Shown here piece by piece: positions 24,986 to 38,689 of a stretch of DNA of 64,000 nt. The stretch's first letter is position 1, and every line of letters starts with the position of its first letter. The translations under genes and the position numbers were made by a program. The notes below the pieces were generated by a model. The model was not told the DNA's origin and did no database searches. It saw only the letters and a program-made list of their open reading frames with translations. Origin of the DNA: Harriotta raleighana (lineage: Eukaryota); contig JBNZDD010013718.1 in the NCBI GenBank assembly GCA_050575255.1, positions 3,157,098 to 3,221,097 on the forward strand, read 5' to 3'.

Positions 24986-27350
24986 GATGCCCTTTATGTC
25001 CAAAACCTTAAATCGGCCCGAGGCTCCACCACAATAAAGGGCCAGACTCAATACCTTTATCTCTATCAATGGAGGTGTCACTATTCCAAACAACCATTAT
25101 GGGGCAAAAGGTTCAGGGTTACTCGCTGACTGGTTTCCCTCTTTACTATCCTGGAATCTAGAGAGAGATGGGAGAGAGATCACATCAGTTTATAAATGAG
25201 ATTGTAGAATCTGTTCCTGTAATAACCCTTATTAAACCAAAGTCATTTTAAAAACATTCAATAAATCTGCACATTTGATGTAATGTGATGCACATATTCT
25301 GGAGTTATCAATTGTTTCTCACTTCAAGAGTAAAGGGTCATCATTACGCTCTCTGAATTTATCAACAAGTAAATTACAATGTGTTCAGGCCTGGATAGGT
25401 AATGGCTCATAGCTCTTCTTTTAAGCATTTTTAATTTATTTCTATGGGAGTGGCAAGGGGCATATTTTACACTCAAGCAACGTGACAGTTGCCAGGAACC
25501 AAAAAGGCTTGACGACTAGTAACCCTTGCATAGATTTAACAAGACTTCCAGTTATAAAAGAAAACACTCACTACCTTTTCCAAAACTTTGGGCAGACTAA
25601 CATTCACTTCTAGGTGAGATGCATGGCAGAGATATATTTAAACCATGCATGCTAAAACTGCAGTTTGTGGTACAATTAGTTTTTGCTCCCATGATGGATG
25701 AAATACATTTCAACAATCGGTGTTGGGCTTACACGGGGTTAACTTTTGTTCCTCTCACACGTCTAGCATTCCCTTACTTTGCATTTCAATGTCCTGAATT
25801 CGCTGCAGCATTTTAAGACAACCCTTCCTCCCACACTGATTATGTTGAATTTAAAGTAAGCATCATTAGCAAAGTTTGCTTCAACAGTTATAGTTAATTT
25901 TAAGATAAAGTTAGCCAAATTGAACTCGCAACCCACTATGGATCAAATTATTGCTAATGGCTCCTCTTCCCAGATTTTTACATACACATATATATTTATG
26001 TTGTTTATTTTCCAGATAAATTAAATGAAATTTCATTACACTTGCTCAGTGAATGGCATTTATTTATGGTAAGCTGTATGAGGCTACAGTGCCTTTTGCA
26101 CCTGAGAGTGCTCTCCCACAGGGCAGCCGGTGCACAGAGGTAGCATTTGGCCAGCTGCCCCCAAACGGCCTTCTGGGACCCTCAATCCAATTGAAGCATC
26201 TTAGCAAATGTGAATTTCAAGGTTACACCTGGGTGTTCAAGGGCAGTGCCAAGTGTAATTGCCACTTAGATTGTGGATTAATCTGATTTGCGATCTATTA
26301 GGTTTGATTCTTCCTCTTTCCCCGAGCTAGGATTATTGTGATAGTTTAAGATAATGGAATCTTATGGAGAAGGTCGTGTAGACATTCAGATTGAGGCACT
26401 GCAGATAATATGATTAATCTCAAAGCTCTTTCAGAAGGGTCACACCTTCATACATTTAATTGGCGAAGAGCGGGCCAGGGAAAAGAAATAGCTAACTAAC
26501 TCACTCCATTTCAGACAACTGGATAAAACCAACTTAATCCATCAAAAGGTTTCCCTGTGTACTCTTTACATATTTATTACAGCTAGTCCATTTCACTCAG
26601 TGTTTTTTTCAGCTTCTTTCTAACATGTGTGATGTAATGTAAAACTGGTTCTTTTAACCCCTTAAAGAACAGACATGAGGGAATGCTAAACCCCACATAT
26701 TAAAAACACTCGACCCAAAGCCATGTGATTGTTGATATTCATGCACTGAATTCAACTGCAGATTATGAAAAAAATGCAGTCAGGTTTCATTGTGTTGCTT
26801 CTATAACAGTGCTTGGTCATGCAGGAAAAGGTGCAACATATATAAATTATTTTTACATAGCCTCCCGCAATAATATTGCATCAAGTATCAATAGAAATGA
26901 AAAGAAAAATCACAGCGGCACCATACAGCTCGCCATTTACCTATTCATTAGAAGTAGAACAAGGGAAAACCATTTCGGATTTTATTGCAATGTAACAGGA
27001 ATTCTGAACACATCATGATGGTACTGCACTAAGAATTTTTTTTGTTATGTAGAATCGTTCATTTCACATTGTAGACTGTATTGTAAACCTTACGGACTCT
27101 TAAATAAGAAATCCTATCACAATTCTCTTAAGCATTAAAACTCCAATCCTGAAATGGATTTACATCAAAGCAGAGTTTCCTTGGGCCAATGTGGTCTAAT
27201 TCCAGTTCCAGTTGGAAGGAGTTCCAAATTGCCCACTACAAATTTCTTATTAGACATACCACGAGTTAATTCCCATCGTTACCCCCAGTAGTTTCACCAG
27301 AGAAACATATCCTTTCAGTACTATAATAGACATTGAGCTTCGCTGTGTAA

Positions 27351-27495
27351 CAACAAAAACAACAACAACTTGCATCTATATTGCACCCTTCATGCAGAGT
27401 TACTTCCTGGATTACTTCACAGTGGTAGAGTCTGACAAAGAGCCATGTGGAGAGGTAGGGGGAGGTGACCAGAAGCATGATCAAAAAGGAAGATC
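27351..27495 (-). mobile_element. L2 3' end of a second, (TTG)n-tailed subfamily
   Basis: aacaacaacttgcatctatattgcacccttcatgcag...cttcacagtggtagagtctgacaaagagcc...ggtgaccagaagcatgatcaaaaagg. A related copy lies at 62628-62720. Confidence 0.7.
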
Positions 27496-27833
27496 GCTAG
27501 AGCAAATTAATTGCACTCGAGTTTGATCACTGCCATAATAATAATACTCCTTGCATTTGATATGGTGTTATTCACATCTTCTAGATGCCTCAAAACACTT
27601 CGCAGAATATACTGTAAAGTGAATTGATNGAGTCTGACAAAGAGCCATGTGGAGAGGTAGGGGGAGGTGACCAGAAGCACGATCAAAAAGGAAGATCGCT
27701 AGAGCAAATTAATTGCACTGGAGTTGGATCACTGCCATAATAATAATAATACTCCTTGCAATTGATATGGTGTTTTTCACATCTTCTAGATGCCTCAAAA
27801 CACTTCGCAGAATATACTGTAAAGTGAATTGAT
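27428..27833. repeat. ~200-bp duplication across a single-N gap
   Basis: 27428-27628 and 27630-27833 are near-identical and separated by the N at 27629. I count 5 substitutions plus one extra AAT unit. Confidence 0.9.
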
Positions 27834-27905
27834 TGTGTATTTGTGGGCGAAAACATGGCAGCCAATTGTGCACAGCAGTATCCCACAGTTTCATCTGTCA
27901 TAGAT
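27737..27905 (-). mobile_element. Deu-SINE 3' half with (ATT)n tail (partial second copy at 27536-27628)
   Basis: (AAT)n-actccttgcaattgatatggtgtttttcacatcttctagatgcctcaaaacacttcgcagaatatactgtaaagtgaattgattgtgtatttgtgggcgaaaacatggcagccaattgtgcacagc. Confidence 0.9.
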
Positions 27906-29103
27906 TGAGTGGCCAAATTATTATTGTTTTTTTAGGGATTATTATTAGGCGTGTGGAAGTAAGGAAATTTACCCTGCCTGGAATCATACCCAAGTCTTTT
28001 GCTTAAAAGTTGAGTGCTTTAATCATAGAATTACAGGACTCATACAAAATGATTGCAATCGTCAATGTTGTGTTGTCTTCGAAATGTTTTGATAAATATA
28101 GAATATAGCTTCAACCGTGGGATTACACTCAACCAATTTAGGGTACTGAAGCCAGTGGGGAAGAAGACTGTGTTATTCTGGGGGAAGATGAAGTGTCATT
28201 GCTAAAGCAATAGAGTATGGACTGGTAGGACAATATTGTGATAGCCTGACTGAGAAAAGGAGAAAGAAAAGCACAGACGCACACCTGCCTTTAAATCAGA
28301 ATATGATTCAGAATCAGAGGTACGTTACAGGTTAGGAAAAGAACATGTCACCTCCTTCACTACTGAAAGTATAATTTACTGTCAGCTCCATCCTAATACA
28401 AGATCGCATCGCATTGCAATCGACAATGGCAATGTGCAATAAATGAGTTTGATTAGGTTCCTTGTTTGTGCATATGTGCATTATGTAAACTGGGCAGTTT
28501 ATATAAGGTTATATAATTGGAAATGTACAATGTGGGTCCACAATACATTATTTAAAAATCATGAAAAATTGCCGTACTCATTATCAGTTTATTACACCAA
28601 TTCTCCCCATCCCCCTCTCCACCCACCTCACTATATCCCCATTTCACAAAAAGAAGCAATGTCTAGCCCATAAATGAAACATTAATAAGTTCAATCACCT
28701 TCTTCGTTGCTCATCTTTAATTATCTTTTATTTTCAATGACCTCTTAAAAATAGAAAAGATGGAAAGGAGATCAGATCATAGATCATTTTATCAATAGCA
28801 AATGGGGGGGGGGGGAAAAGCCTGTGACAGAAGCACTGCTTCAGACCTCAAAGGTTAGGGCATTTCAACGATTAAAAGTAAACAATGAGATTTTAATCGC
28901 ATGTCAAGTCTTTCTACATTACATAACATTGGAGTCTGCTGTGGCGGGTGGCACTATTCCTATAGCTTTTAACAGTGATCTCAGGGTGAAGTGGACTTGG
29001 GTCATTTCAAGCTTTGTATCATCAACTACCAGATGAAATAAATTGGAATAAATAATTTTTTGTTTAAAAACAAATATCAAATAAATAATGACAAATTCAT
29101 TAA

Positions 29104-29153
29104 TGAACAACAACAACAAAATTACATTTATAGAGTGCCTTTCACATCAGGAG
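29104..29153 (-). mobile_element. Tail-only L2 fragment
   Basis: (AAC)n-aaaattacatttatagagtgcctttcacatcagga. Confidence 0.65.
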
Positions 29154-29485
29154 AATGAAAATATGGTATGGTGCCAAAGGTTAAATAATATAAATTTGAA
29201 CATATAAATATTAGGAATTAAAAAATCTCTAAATAATTTCTTCTTTTTGGTTCAATCCCTTCATGACTGTTTATGCTTCTGAAATGTCACATTCTAAACT
29301 GGAGAGTTTGATAATTTTTAAATTACAATTTACAGGAGATGAAAATCAATACATTGTACAAGAAAAAAAAAGACATTGATATCAAGGGCTGGGGTTTGAT
29401 TATTATGAGGAAATTCTCAGTAGAAATCTGGATATGATAGAAAATCATTAAACAGGGCACTACTGTTAAATTACAAGAAGAAATA

Positions 29486-29632
29486 GACACCGGGGGAAAC
29501 TTGCTTGCTATGGTACCTTTACTGTCTATCTGAACAGGCCATACGGAGGCCTTGGTTTCACATCTGATCTGAGGATGGCAACACTGACAATTCCCTCCCC
29601 CGACCCACCCCAGCGCTGCACTAGAGGATCAC
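29486..29632 (-). mobile_element. Deu-domain SINE core fragment
   Basis: gacaccgggggaaac...ctgaacaggccatacggaggccttggtttcacatctgatctgaggatggca...ctgcactagag. Confidence 0.6.
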
Positions 29633-30996
29633 ACTAGTTCTCCTTAAAGGTTTCGTATGAAACCAATCAATTACAAGCAGTTCAGTCTTAGGTGCACAGG
29701 TTTGTTCTTATTCCACCTTTGCTTTGCCATTTGTCTGTCCCGTACCAATTTGTACATTTATTGAAATGTTCTTGTGTTCAAATCGCATAATACAGTGCTT
29801 GTAAATGCTAGACTCTGAGCATACATGTTTTTGAATTGTCGTGGCTTCAAGTCATTTTCAGGTTATAGTAAAACTACCAGAGGGATTTTCTCTAAGATTG
29901 GTTTATTTGTGGTCCAGAGATTTGTGCCCTCGTGATTGGCAGTTACCAAACACAGAGCTTCGGCTAATGTGAACTCCTTATATTACATATGTTTAGTCAG
30001 ATCCCTGGCTTTCATTCTGTAGGAAATTACATCTTTTAGAGCCTGCATTTTCAATTTGTTTGGACACAGGAGGGTCAAGTCTCCAACCCCTTAAGGATGT
30101 TTAGATCTTCTGCATTCAACCCATGAACCGCTAAAAAGCTTGACATTTTCAAGATCTGCAATTAACCCTTTTGGCAAACGTAACCCTATTATCACGAAGC
30201 AAATATGTATTAAATATTAATCATTCCCTACCTATTTGTCATGCTTTAATCCATCATAAATGTTGTACAGAATTAATCCCCTGAAAAACTTTTATCATTG
30301 TGTTATTCATAAATATTTTCAAGGGTTTCTTTATTGCATTATCTGCAAGCGAGATACAATACAGTAGCATGAAGTGAAGCAAGTTTTTTTAAAAAAAAAA
30401 TCAATTAAACAACCTGTGGTACTCAAATGGGCTGTGTTCAAATGAGCCAGGCTGTTAACCATATCCAACTTCCAGCCCTGTTTTGAACTATTCACAACAA
30501 TGTTTGCGAAGGCATTTGAATAATTTACTTCAGCTAAACACACACACCTAAACATAATTCCAAACTAATTGTAGTGTTTCTTTGCCCCCAAAGCACATCC
30601 AATTCACCCTCATTTCACCAAATCTCTGATTCAAGCAGGTTTGCTCATTCTCCATAATACAACTGTATATAATAGAGCATATTTTGACTCACTGCTATCT
30701 ACATTTAAGGTAAGCAAAGCATTTTGGAAAATTAATCACTTTTTCCATAGAGCATTTGCAAGTGTTGACTGATACAGTATGTATTTTTTCCCCTTCAGAC
30801 TGAAGTTCAAAAGAATTGAGTAAATGGGCTGAGCCACACATATTTTTTTAAATTATGTCTTTTTGTTTGCAGCCTGAGAAAACAAACGGATCTCCACACG
30901 ACACTTACTGGCAAAATAGTTATCAGAATTCAGCTTTTGAACTTTCCCTAGCCTTGCTTATTTATATACCAGGTCCAGAAGTGGCAAGTGGCTTTT

Positions 30997-31143
30997 AATA
31001 ATAATGATAATCCTTGCTTTTGATACAGAACCTTATCACATCACTGAGATGTCTCAAAATGCTCCACAGAATATTCTGTAAAGTGAATTGCCAATGAATT
31101 TTATGGCCGGAACAGGGCTGCCAATTACTCACAGTAGTGTGCC
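30997..31143 (-). mobile_element. Deu-SINE 3' fragment
   Basis: (AAT)n-ccttgcttttgatacag...gatgtctcaaaatgctccacagaatattctgtaaagtgaattg. Confidence 0.8.
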
Positions 31144-32841
31144 AGTGTTATAAGAGTGCGGAAGAGGATCTTTAATCTAAAATATTCAACAAACGGAAAC
31201 ATTGATTTCTAAGAGCAGGCTAATAAGGCCTGAATCGTGCCCTGTTGCGTTTGAAATCAGAATACCATGAAGCACAATGAGCACAAGAAACCACAAGCGC
31301 CGAATTCTGTTCTGCACGAGAAGAAGATGCCTTTGACTTCAGCGAAGCCTGCAAAAGAAAAACAGTCTTGATGAATGGAAGGAAGAATTATTAAAAGCAA
31401 AACTGAGGAATGGCTTTCTACATGATGTGAACAGAAATAATAATGTTATAGCCACGAAGAAAAACGGCGTTAACGCTTCTGATAGATCATTTTTTGGGGG
31501 AAAAAAAATTGGAGATCAAAAATCATTTTGGCAGCTCAAAATTGAATTTGTAGTGAGAGGATTGGCAGGCCAGTCAAAAAACTATTTCATGGCCTGCCAT
31601 TCAGTCAATTTAATGGGACATGCATGAATCTTTTTACTAACAAACATGAGTGACAACTCAAGGGTTTTGGAAATAAAGTGCAAAATATTTTTGTTTTCAC
31701 TGATATTTTCTGGCTATAAAGCAAACTTATGATCACATATTCACGTCTTACCAATATCTGAATGTAACTTTATTTTAGTCACAAAAATCTGTTACATAAC
31801 ACTTAAATTTATCTTAGTTAACTAGAGTATCAGCAGCCAAAGCATCCCATGCCTGAATAGCTGATAATTGGACCAACATTTGAAGAACTCTGACTATGTT
31901 GTACCTATATGGCCAACACATGCAATCAAGCATAAAGCCCCATTAAAATTGGAGCTTAATGGCAATGTTCGGACATGAAGTAACAAGAAGTGCGAAACAA
32001 GTCACTCCTGAGGCTCAGTTTCCTGTTCAAGGGAAGGATTCCACTGTGAACCGACTAATACCCCATTTTAGTCAGGAAACAGCAGTGCAATAAAATCACT
32101 ATTTCCTGCTCGACCAACGCACAGAAAAGTGACAATTTCTGTCTGTTTTCCGTTGCAAAGAAATGAACGATTGCTCACCCGCCTTATATACAATGTTCAG
32201 GTTTTTGTTTCTAGTCTGAAAGTCATTACATTTCTTGTAATTTAATCATGTGCACTGTAATATACATTGATGTTCTGTTTGCTAAAGAATTATTTACATT
32301 GGAATGAAAGTGATACCATTTTAATACCAATCAATACTGATTCATTAAAAGCAAGATTAGAGGCCCATTCAAGCTTTCCCCCCACTTCCTCTATTTTCTT
32401 TAAATTGAACCTATATTTTATAACTAGCCAGTCATATATTTTTGGCCACTCTTTAGGATTGCATTTTGAGAGATAAGGTACAATTATCTAAATTGTTTTA
32501 AGATCAATAAATTATAGCATATTTTTCATTCAACTTTTTCTTTTGAGAACTATAGTAACATTTAGCATGAAAATGACAAAGACTTCATTTGACTTTTATT
32601 CTTGAAATATTAAAAAGTGAAGAATCATGATCTTAATATATTTTTGTAATTCCAATATTTAAATATTATTTCTGCACTTTGCACTCTCCAAACATAACAT
32701 AGTAACCAGCAAGGCTAAGAGCAAATGGGGAAAGTGAGACCAAAATTATTCACTGTTAAAGTATCAAGATCTACCCCTTTGAACATGCTTTCTGTCATCT
32801 TTTCCAAACCTCCTCCCAATCGGGTACCAAGCCAAGACTAT

Positions 32842-32905
32842 CAGCACCTTGGGACGTCCTTCTGACTTGAAAGGCGCTATATAAATGTAAATTTGTACTG
32901 TGTTG
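32842..32905 (+). mobile_element. Tail-only L2 fragment
   Basis: cagcaccttgggacgtccttctgacttgaaaggcgctatataaatgtaaatttgtactgtgttg. Confidence 0.8.
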
Positions 32906-34831
32906 CAATGCCTACAGTCGCTTGTTTTCATCAGCAATATTTAGCTAATGGAGTATGCTAGCAATAGCTACTCAGACTCAGAAAGTATATTGGAAGAATT
33001 CAAAAATGAGAGAGACCAGGAAATGGCTGAAAGTTGTATCAGAAGATATCCACAAATCAAACCTCTCTGGTAAACAACGGGATGGGTTTATGGCCTGTGA
33101 TTTAATTGGCATGAAGTCAGGGTCAAATCTGAAATCACCATCCTCTCCTGAAGCTCGCTGACAAAGTGAAGTGATGGCTCATCTCCAATTTTCCATTTTC
33201 TCCATTGAGAAGAAAATAAAATTGCTCTAGTGAGGTGCAATTTAAATCCGATTCTTTTGATAAGGCTGGATTTGTGCTCACCCCAGCAAAATAATGGTGT
33301 CATTAACTCAGCAACAATGATAAATACATTTGTTTTAAATAATGAGTCCTAAAATATTAGCAAACAACAGCTGCACTCGGTTAATCATATATCAATCCCT
33401 ACTTATCTATAAATCCCCTTTGGTGACGTGTTTGTGACATATTATGCATTTTACATTAGGTGGAGCACACGGGGTCAAACGGGCAGCACTTAAGGTGTTT
33501 CTAAGGCTCCAGGAATTGAATCTTGGAAAGTTCTCCTGTTCTGCTATGCATAAATGAACAAAACGCCTCTCTCTAAAATTCATGTCCTAGTGTAATACAG
33601 TGAAAGAATTGACAAATATAACAAAAAAAAAGTATGTTATTGGAAGGAATTGCAATATACAAAGATTACAGGAAGTATTGTATAATAAAAATATTTCACC
33701 TTTTGAATAGTTATTGCTTTATATTAGTTCTGGCTGTATATTGCAGCGTTTCTCAATTATTCTTAGGATGCCACCTCCATTTACACTGAAATCGAGAAAG
33801 ACAACTGCTTCTGCAAATATAGCTCGCAGGGAATCCTCTACATATGAAATCACCTGCATTTCCAGTGTATAAAACTTTAAGTGAGGCATTAATGAAATGC
33901 AAAGCTTTCTATAAGACCTGGGCAAGCCATCCCATCAAATCATCTGAAATATTTATTCTGTCTACTGAATAATTGATAGAAGCATCAACTCTCCTGGTCA
34001 ATTGATTTATTAAGGACTATTTGGAATTAAACAGCTTAAAGATATTAGATTTAGCATTGACCTTGCCTTGTTAGCATATTCATTTACCTACAGGAGCCAC
34101 ATTAGATATTGTTAATACATGACGTACCAGTCATGGCCTAGATCTTCTAAAATTACATTACCAATGCTTTGTGTGCTGCAGAACAGCTGAATTGATTGAG
34201 TGCTTAGTTTGTTCTAATTAGATTTAGGCTGAAAGAGTCCTAATTTTTATGCTCCGCGTGATAAACCAGAAATGTCATCACTGTGGTATTAAATTTGTGG
34301 ACACACAGCACTCGGGGAACAGAGGGATTTTCTTATTTTATTATTATTGAAGACTTCACAGCGAGCTAACCCGACAGAGCTAATGTATTGTAAACTTCAG
34401 TGACATTTCTTTCTGAAGGTGCTAAAAGCTTAATATAAGAGTTCGCCTGATGTTTTGTCACCTTAATGAAATTACACTTAAAGTTTTGATTCCCTGCTTT
34501 TTTTATGCTTTACACAGTAAATGATCATTACTGAGATAATAGCATGATGAAAAAAGGATAGATTGCCTCCATAGCAAATACTGTACATAGGACCTCAGCC
34601 AGTATTTAATTAAAGGATATTAAAATTGAGGAAACACTGATCAGGAGCAAGAATGCGCATTGTTGACAAAGATCCTGCTGTACTGAATTTAAGTTTGATC
34701 CTAAATTTAACCTTTTAATGAAAAGTAAATTACAGAAAAGCAACACTGCATTATTTTGGCAGGTGTGCGTTGCAATCCAGGTGTATTTGTACTAACGGAG
34801 GATAAGTGACCATACTATTAAAAATCATACT

Positions 34832-35008
34832 TCTGTCCTTTGGGTGAGACATTAACCTGAGGTCTACCTATTCAGATGGACATTCTAGATCCCATGGCAC
34901 TATTTGAAAAGAGAAGAGGGTCTCTGCCGGTGTCCTGACCAACAATCCTCCAGGTAAAATTGTGGGTCACTTCATTGATGTTTGTGGTAGCTGGCTCTGC
35001 TCATATTG
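34832..35008 (+). mobile_element. Deu-domain SINE core
   Basis: ctgtcctttgggtgagacattaacctgagg...agatcccatggcactatttgaaaagagaagagggtctctgccggtgtcctgaccaac. Confidence 0.85.
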
Positions 35009-36263
35009 AATACAGTGCATATCAAATCGAAGGTTTCTTATCATCAGGCAGTGGAGTCTTTAAGAGCAATGAGATTCACTGCCTCCAGTACAAACACATT
35101 GATTGGGAATTGCACTGAGCCTCGAAATGCTCTGGTCTGTAAAAGGGTCTCGAAGCTTCCATTGAACGACCCAAAGACTTTCAACGGCCCATTTCTTAAT
35201 ATTATTTAAAGAGTCGATTGTGCTTTCAGCAGTACAAACACAGCACAAGACTTTAATTTAACCTCAAGGTTCAAATGATATCCATAAACCATTTGTGCTT
35301 CATTTTCATGGCTTATGATGTCATCTTAACCCCTTGATTAAATTACAGTTGTCTTGCTCATTCCTAAACAGCCATAACTCTCAATAATATATACGATTGC
35401 TCTACTTCTCGTAGGTGTGCACCAACAAGGTTTAACTCTAAACGTATAAGACATGATATTAAACATTGATATTAGTTTAGTGAAAATGTTCCACTGAAAT
35501 ATTCAGCTTTTTATTAACCCTGTAGCAGTAGTATCTCAACAATTCATCACGGCAAACTGTTATTAGAATTTTTATTACCTCAGCCACTTGAAAGCTGACA
35601 CAAGCTGGTTTGCAACATTGAAAAATAAATAAGACAGAAATAAATAAAACACCTTCTACATAGCACGTCAGTATGTCTCATTACTCAGGCTGCTACTTTT
35701 TCTAAAATAATACACTTGCTCTATTTAAATGAATTCATCCGAGTTTAATTTCTAAGTAGTTGCCCATCCTCCTGACAAATACCCTGTCCAAGAAACTGAA
35801 GAGCACTAATAATTCTGCAATGCTTCTACTATGGGGATTGAGGAAAATTGGTTCTAAGTTTCAGACTTTAAAGTTAATTGTACTTTCAAACTTGGCAATG
35901 TTATGCATTACGATAAGAAATTAAAGCACAAAAGCATAAACACAGATTTATTAGTGTTTTGATGTTATTACAATGCTGATAAATATGTTTGCACGACATC
36001 CAAATGTTGGATTACACATGTGATGTGCTGTTTACAGCATATCATTACTTCCATCAATACTCATAATGCATTCTGGAGCTCAGGTGATGACTCAATTCAC
36101 ATTCGGGGAATGACTCATGGTAGAAAGGGTTACTGTTGCTAGTGCAAGGTAAAACCCCTCCAATGGATCTGTCGATAAAGTATGAATTTTGCTGAGATAA
36201 CCAATCTCAGCCAAGGTTCATGCATTGCAAATGTGTGGAGAAAGGAAATGAACCCCAAATTTT

Positions 36264-36328
36264 GCCATGCCGGAAATCAAACCCATGTCTCTCACTTGTG
36301 AGGCAAGTGCTCAGCTACAGTACTGCAC
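36264..36328 (-). mobile_element. tRNA-derived SINE head or tRNA(Val-CAC)-like pseudogene
   Basis: Minus strand gtgcagtactgtagctgagcacttgcctcacaagtgagagacatgggtttgatttccggcatggc has a decayed anticodon arm cttgc-ctCACaa-gtgag and a B-box-like ggtttgatttcc. No intact acceptor stem. Confidence 0.5.
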
Positions 36329-36332
36329 AACA

Positions 36333-36436
36333 GATGAAGCATGGCTACTTGAGCAAGGTACCCAAGGCTGGTTAACAACCAGAGATCTGTTGCTCAGTGT
36401 AAGTCAATGTCATCAGGAGGGGGAAACTGGAAGAGG
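36333..36436 (+). mobile_element. AmnSINE2-like 3' fragment
   Basis: atgaagcatggctacttgagcaaggtaccc...agtcaatgtcatcaggagggggaaactgg. Confidence 0.55.
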
Positions 36437-36480
36437 ATAAGATGAAAGAGAAATCCCTTTGTTCTTCTACTTATGTTCTC

Positions 36481-36715
36481 TAATAATATCTTTTGCATTT
36501 GGATCATATAACTTTTGCATCACTTCTTTGCGATGCCCCAAAGTGCAGTGTATTTTTGTGGCAAATGCAGCAGCTAATTTGCACACAGCAATCAAGTGAA
36601 TGACTAATTTTATCTTAGGGATTGTTGGCCAGGTAACTGGGAGAAATTCAGATCTCTTTCCAAATTGTACCATGGGATCTTTAAAGTCTGCCTGAGCAGG
36701 CAGATGGGAACCACT
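36481..36715 (-). mobile_element. Deu-domain SINE
   Basis: gcagctaatttgcacacagc...ttgttggccaggtaactgggagaa...ccatgggatctttaaagtctgcctgagcaggcagatggg. Confidence 0.85.
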
Positions 36716-38309
36716 TAGGCAATTATGGGTGAAAGGGTCCTTCAATGACCAAGTCAATGGAGTTCTGTTGAATACTTAGAGACAGTTGAACTTCTTACAC
36801 CTTATTTACCCATGCAGAATAGCACATCGGTCTTACTTAAATGTTAATGGATCTTTACCGAACAGTAAAACCGAGTTATGAAGGGTCACTTGAATCCTGC
36901 CATAAAAATAGATGACAGCTGTGGACCGTCTAGAAAGGTAAAGAAGTATGCACGGACGATAAGACATCTGTAGCACATCAAACTGTTTATATGTACAACA
37001 GCTTTTGCTGTAAAATATTTACTCCTTGCTGACCAGGTGCAGCAGAATGTTATCAGAAAGAATGTTTACATGGATTTTTAATGCAGAATTTTTTTTTCTT
37101 CTTTCAGAATAATAGGTTGACATATTTGAAGTATATAAACCTTCCTCCACCACAGCTGTTAATAAATGTTAACACACAAACCCCCCCCACCACCCGCTAC
37201 CAAAAAAAAATCAGGTCATTTAGAGCATTTCTTATTTCCAACCCAGATGCGGGAACCAGATCACAACTCATGACTTCCGTTCTGAACATCGAGGTTTTAA
37301 TTAAACCTTTTCAAGTCAAACTCCTTCCAAAATGCCTTCTGGTCCTCATAGAGTGAGTCTCCCATCATGACGTTGGGCTGTAATTGGAAACTCTCTTTCA
37401 CCTTAGGTTTAAAAAAAATTGCAGGATTTGCAAAGTGGCATTTTTTCAGGATTTTTGTTTGGTCATGAAAATTTTTTTTTACCTTTCCTGGGTTACTGAA
37501 AAATGTTGATGTTGCATCACTATACTTAATAGTCTCCAAACAAAACTATTAAATATTCTATGACTTGGTTGGCAATGAAGTATGCACCCTCCAGAGACAG
37601 GTTAAAGGTACACCTGTACAAGACAACGCACAAAGTACCGAGCGCCTTGATGTTCCAATGATCCAAAGTTACATACATATTCCTGACCTGCATAATTCAG
37701 ATCCACAACTAATGGGGTCTTGGCAAAGAGATGTGCCCAATATCAAGTCAATTCCAACTCTAGGATCCTGAATGATATGTCAATGTAGGCTATAGCTCTG
37801 CTTCCCTGCAACTCTTTTCACCACAAACTCCCCACTCAGTTTGGTCATACATCTTACATTTGGGCTGTAAGGAACCCTTTTGGTTCATGTACAGGATCTC
37901 CAATTCATGAAAGTGAACTGTTTGGACACACATCCTTTATGCTACACATTAGCCAGTGGAACTTTGCCATCAATGAAGAGACGAGAGAAAGAATGAAATG
38001 CCCTCTGCCTTTTTTTTAGTGTGGTACTTAAGGCATGTCCAAGGAACATAAGTGTCCACCATAATCCCTCAGACCTGTGTACCTATGGGAACTGCTTGCA
38101 TCATGGATAACAGTATCCAAATGAGAGCTCAAGTGAATGGCTCTATGTAACCCTTTCCCAAGACAGAATAAAATAAACATCAGTGTGAGGCTTAGATAAA
38201 TATGGGAAGTGGCATAATGAGTAGGGGCTATGACAAAAAACTGTTTATTTTAAAAAAAGTGGCATTGATGCATTTAATTGTCTTTCTCTAGGATAATATT
38301 CACTCACAG

Positions 38310-38468
38310 TATTGAAAAAAATGCTTATTCGATATTGATGTTCTACAAGTACAGGCCTCCAAATGGTTTTGTTCCTCTGGGAGGTNTATTGAAAAAAATG
38401 CTTATTCGATATTGATGTTCTACAAGTACAGGCCTCATATTCCAAATGGTTTTGTTCCTCTGGGAGGT
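38310..38468. repeat. 76/82-bp duplication across a single-N gap
   Basis: 38310-38385 and 38387-38468 are identical except for a 6-bp insertion (atattc) in the second copy. N at 38386. Confidence 0.9.
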
Positions 38469-38689
38469 GGGAACACCTTCCTGTGCAAATCTTGGCACTG
38501 TGTATGTTTAGCGTGTGTGATTATGTATTGTAGTTACCTGTTTGGTCCATATTCTCAAACTATTCCTAGAAGCAGAATAATCTAGCATGGGATTGATCAA
38601 ACCAGTGTAGAATAATTAGGGCGGGTTGAAATTGACATTCTTATACATCATATAATGTATATAATCATAACCTTACAGAGCCCTTTTTA

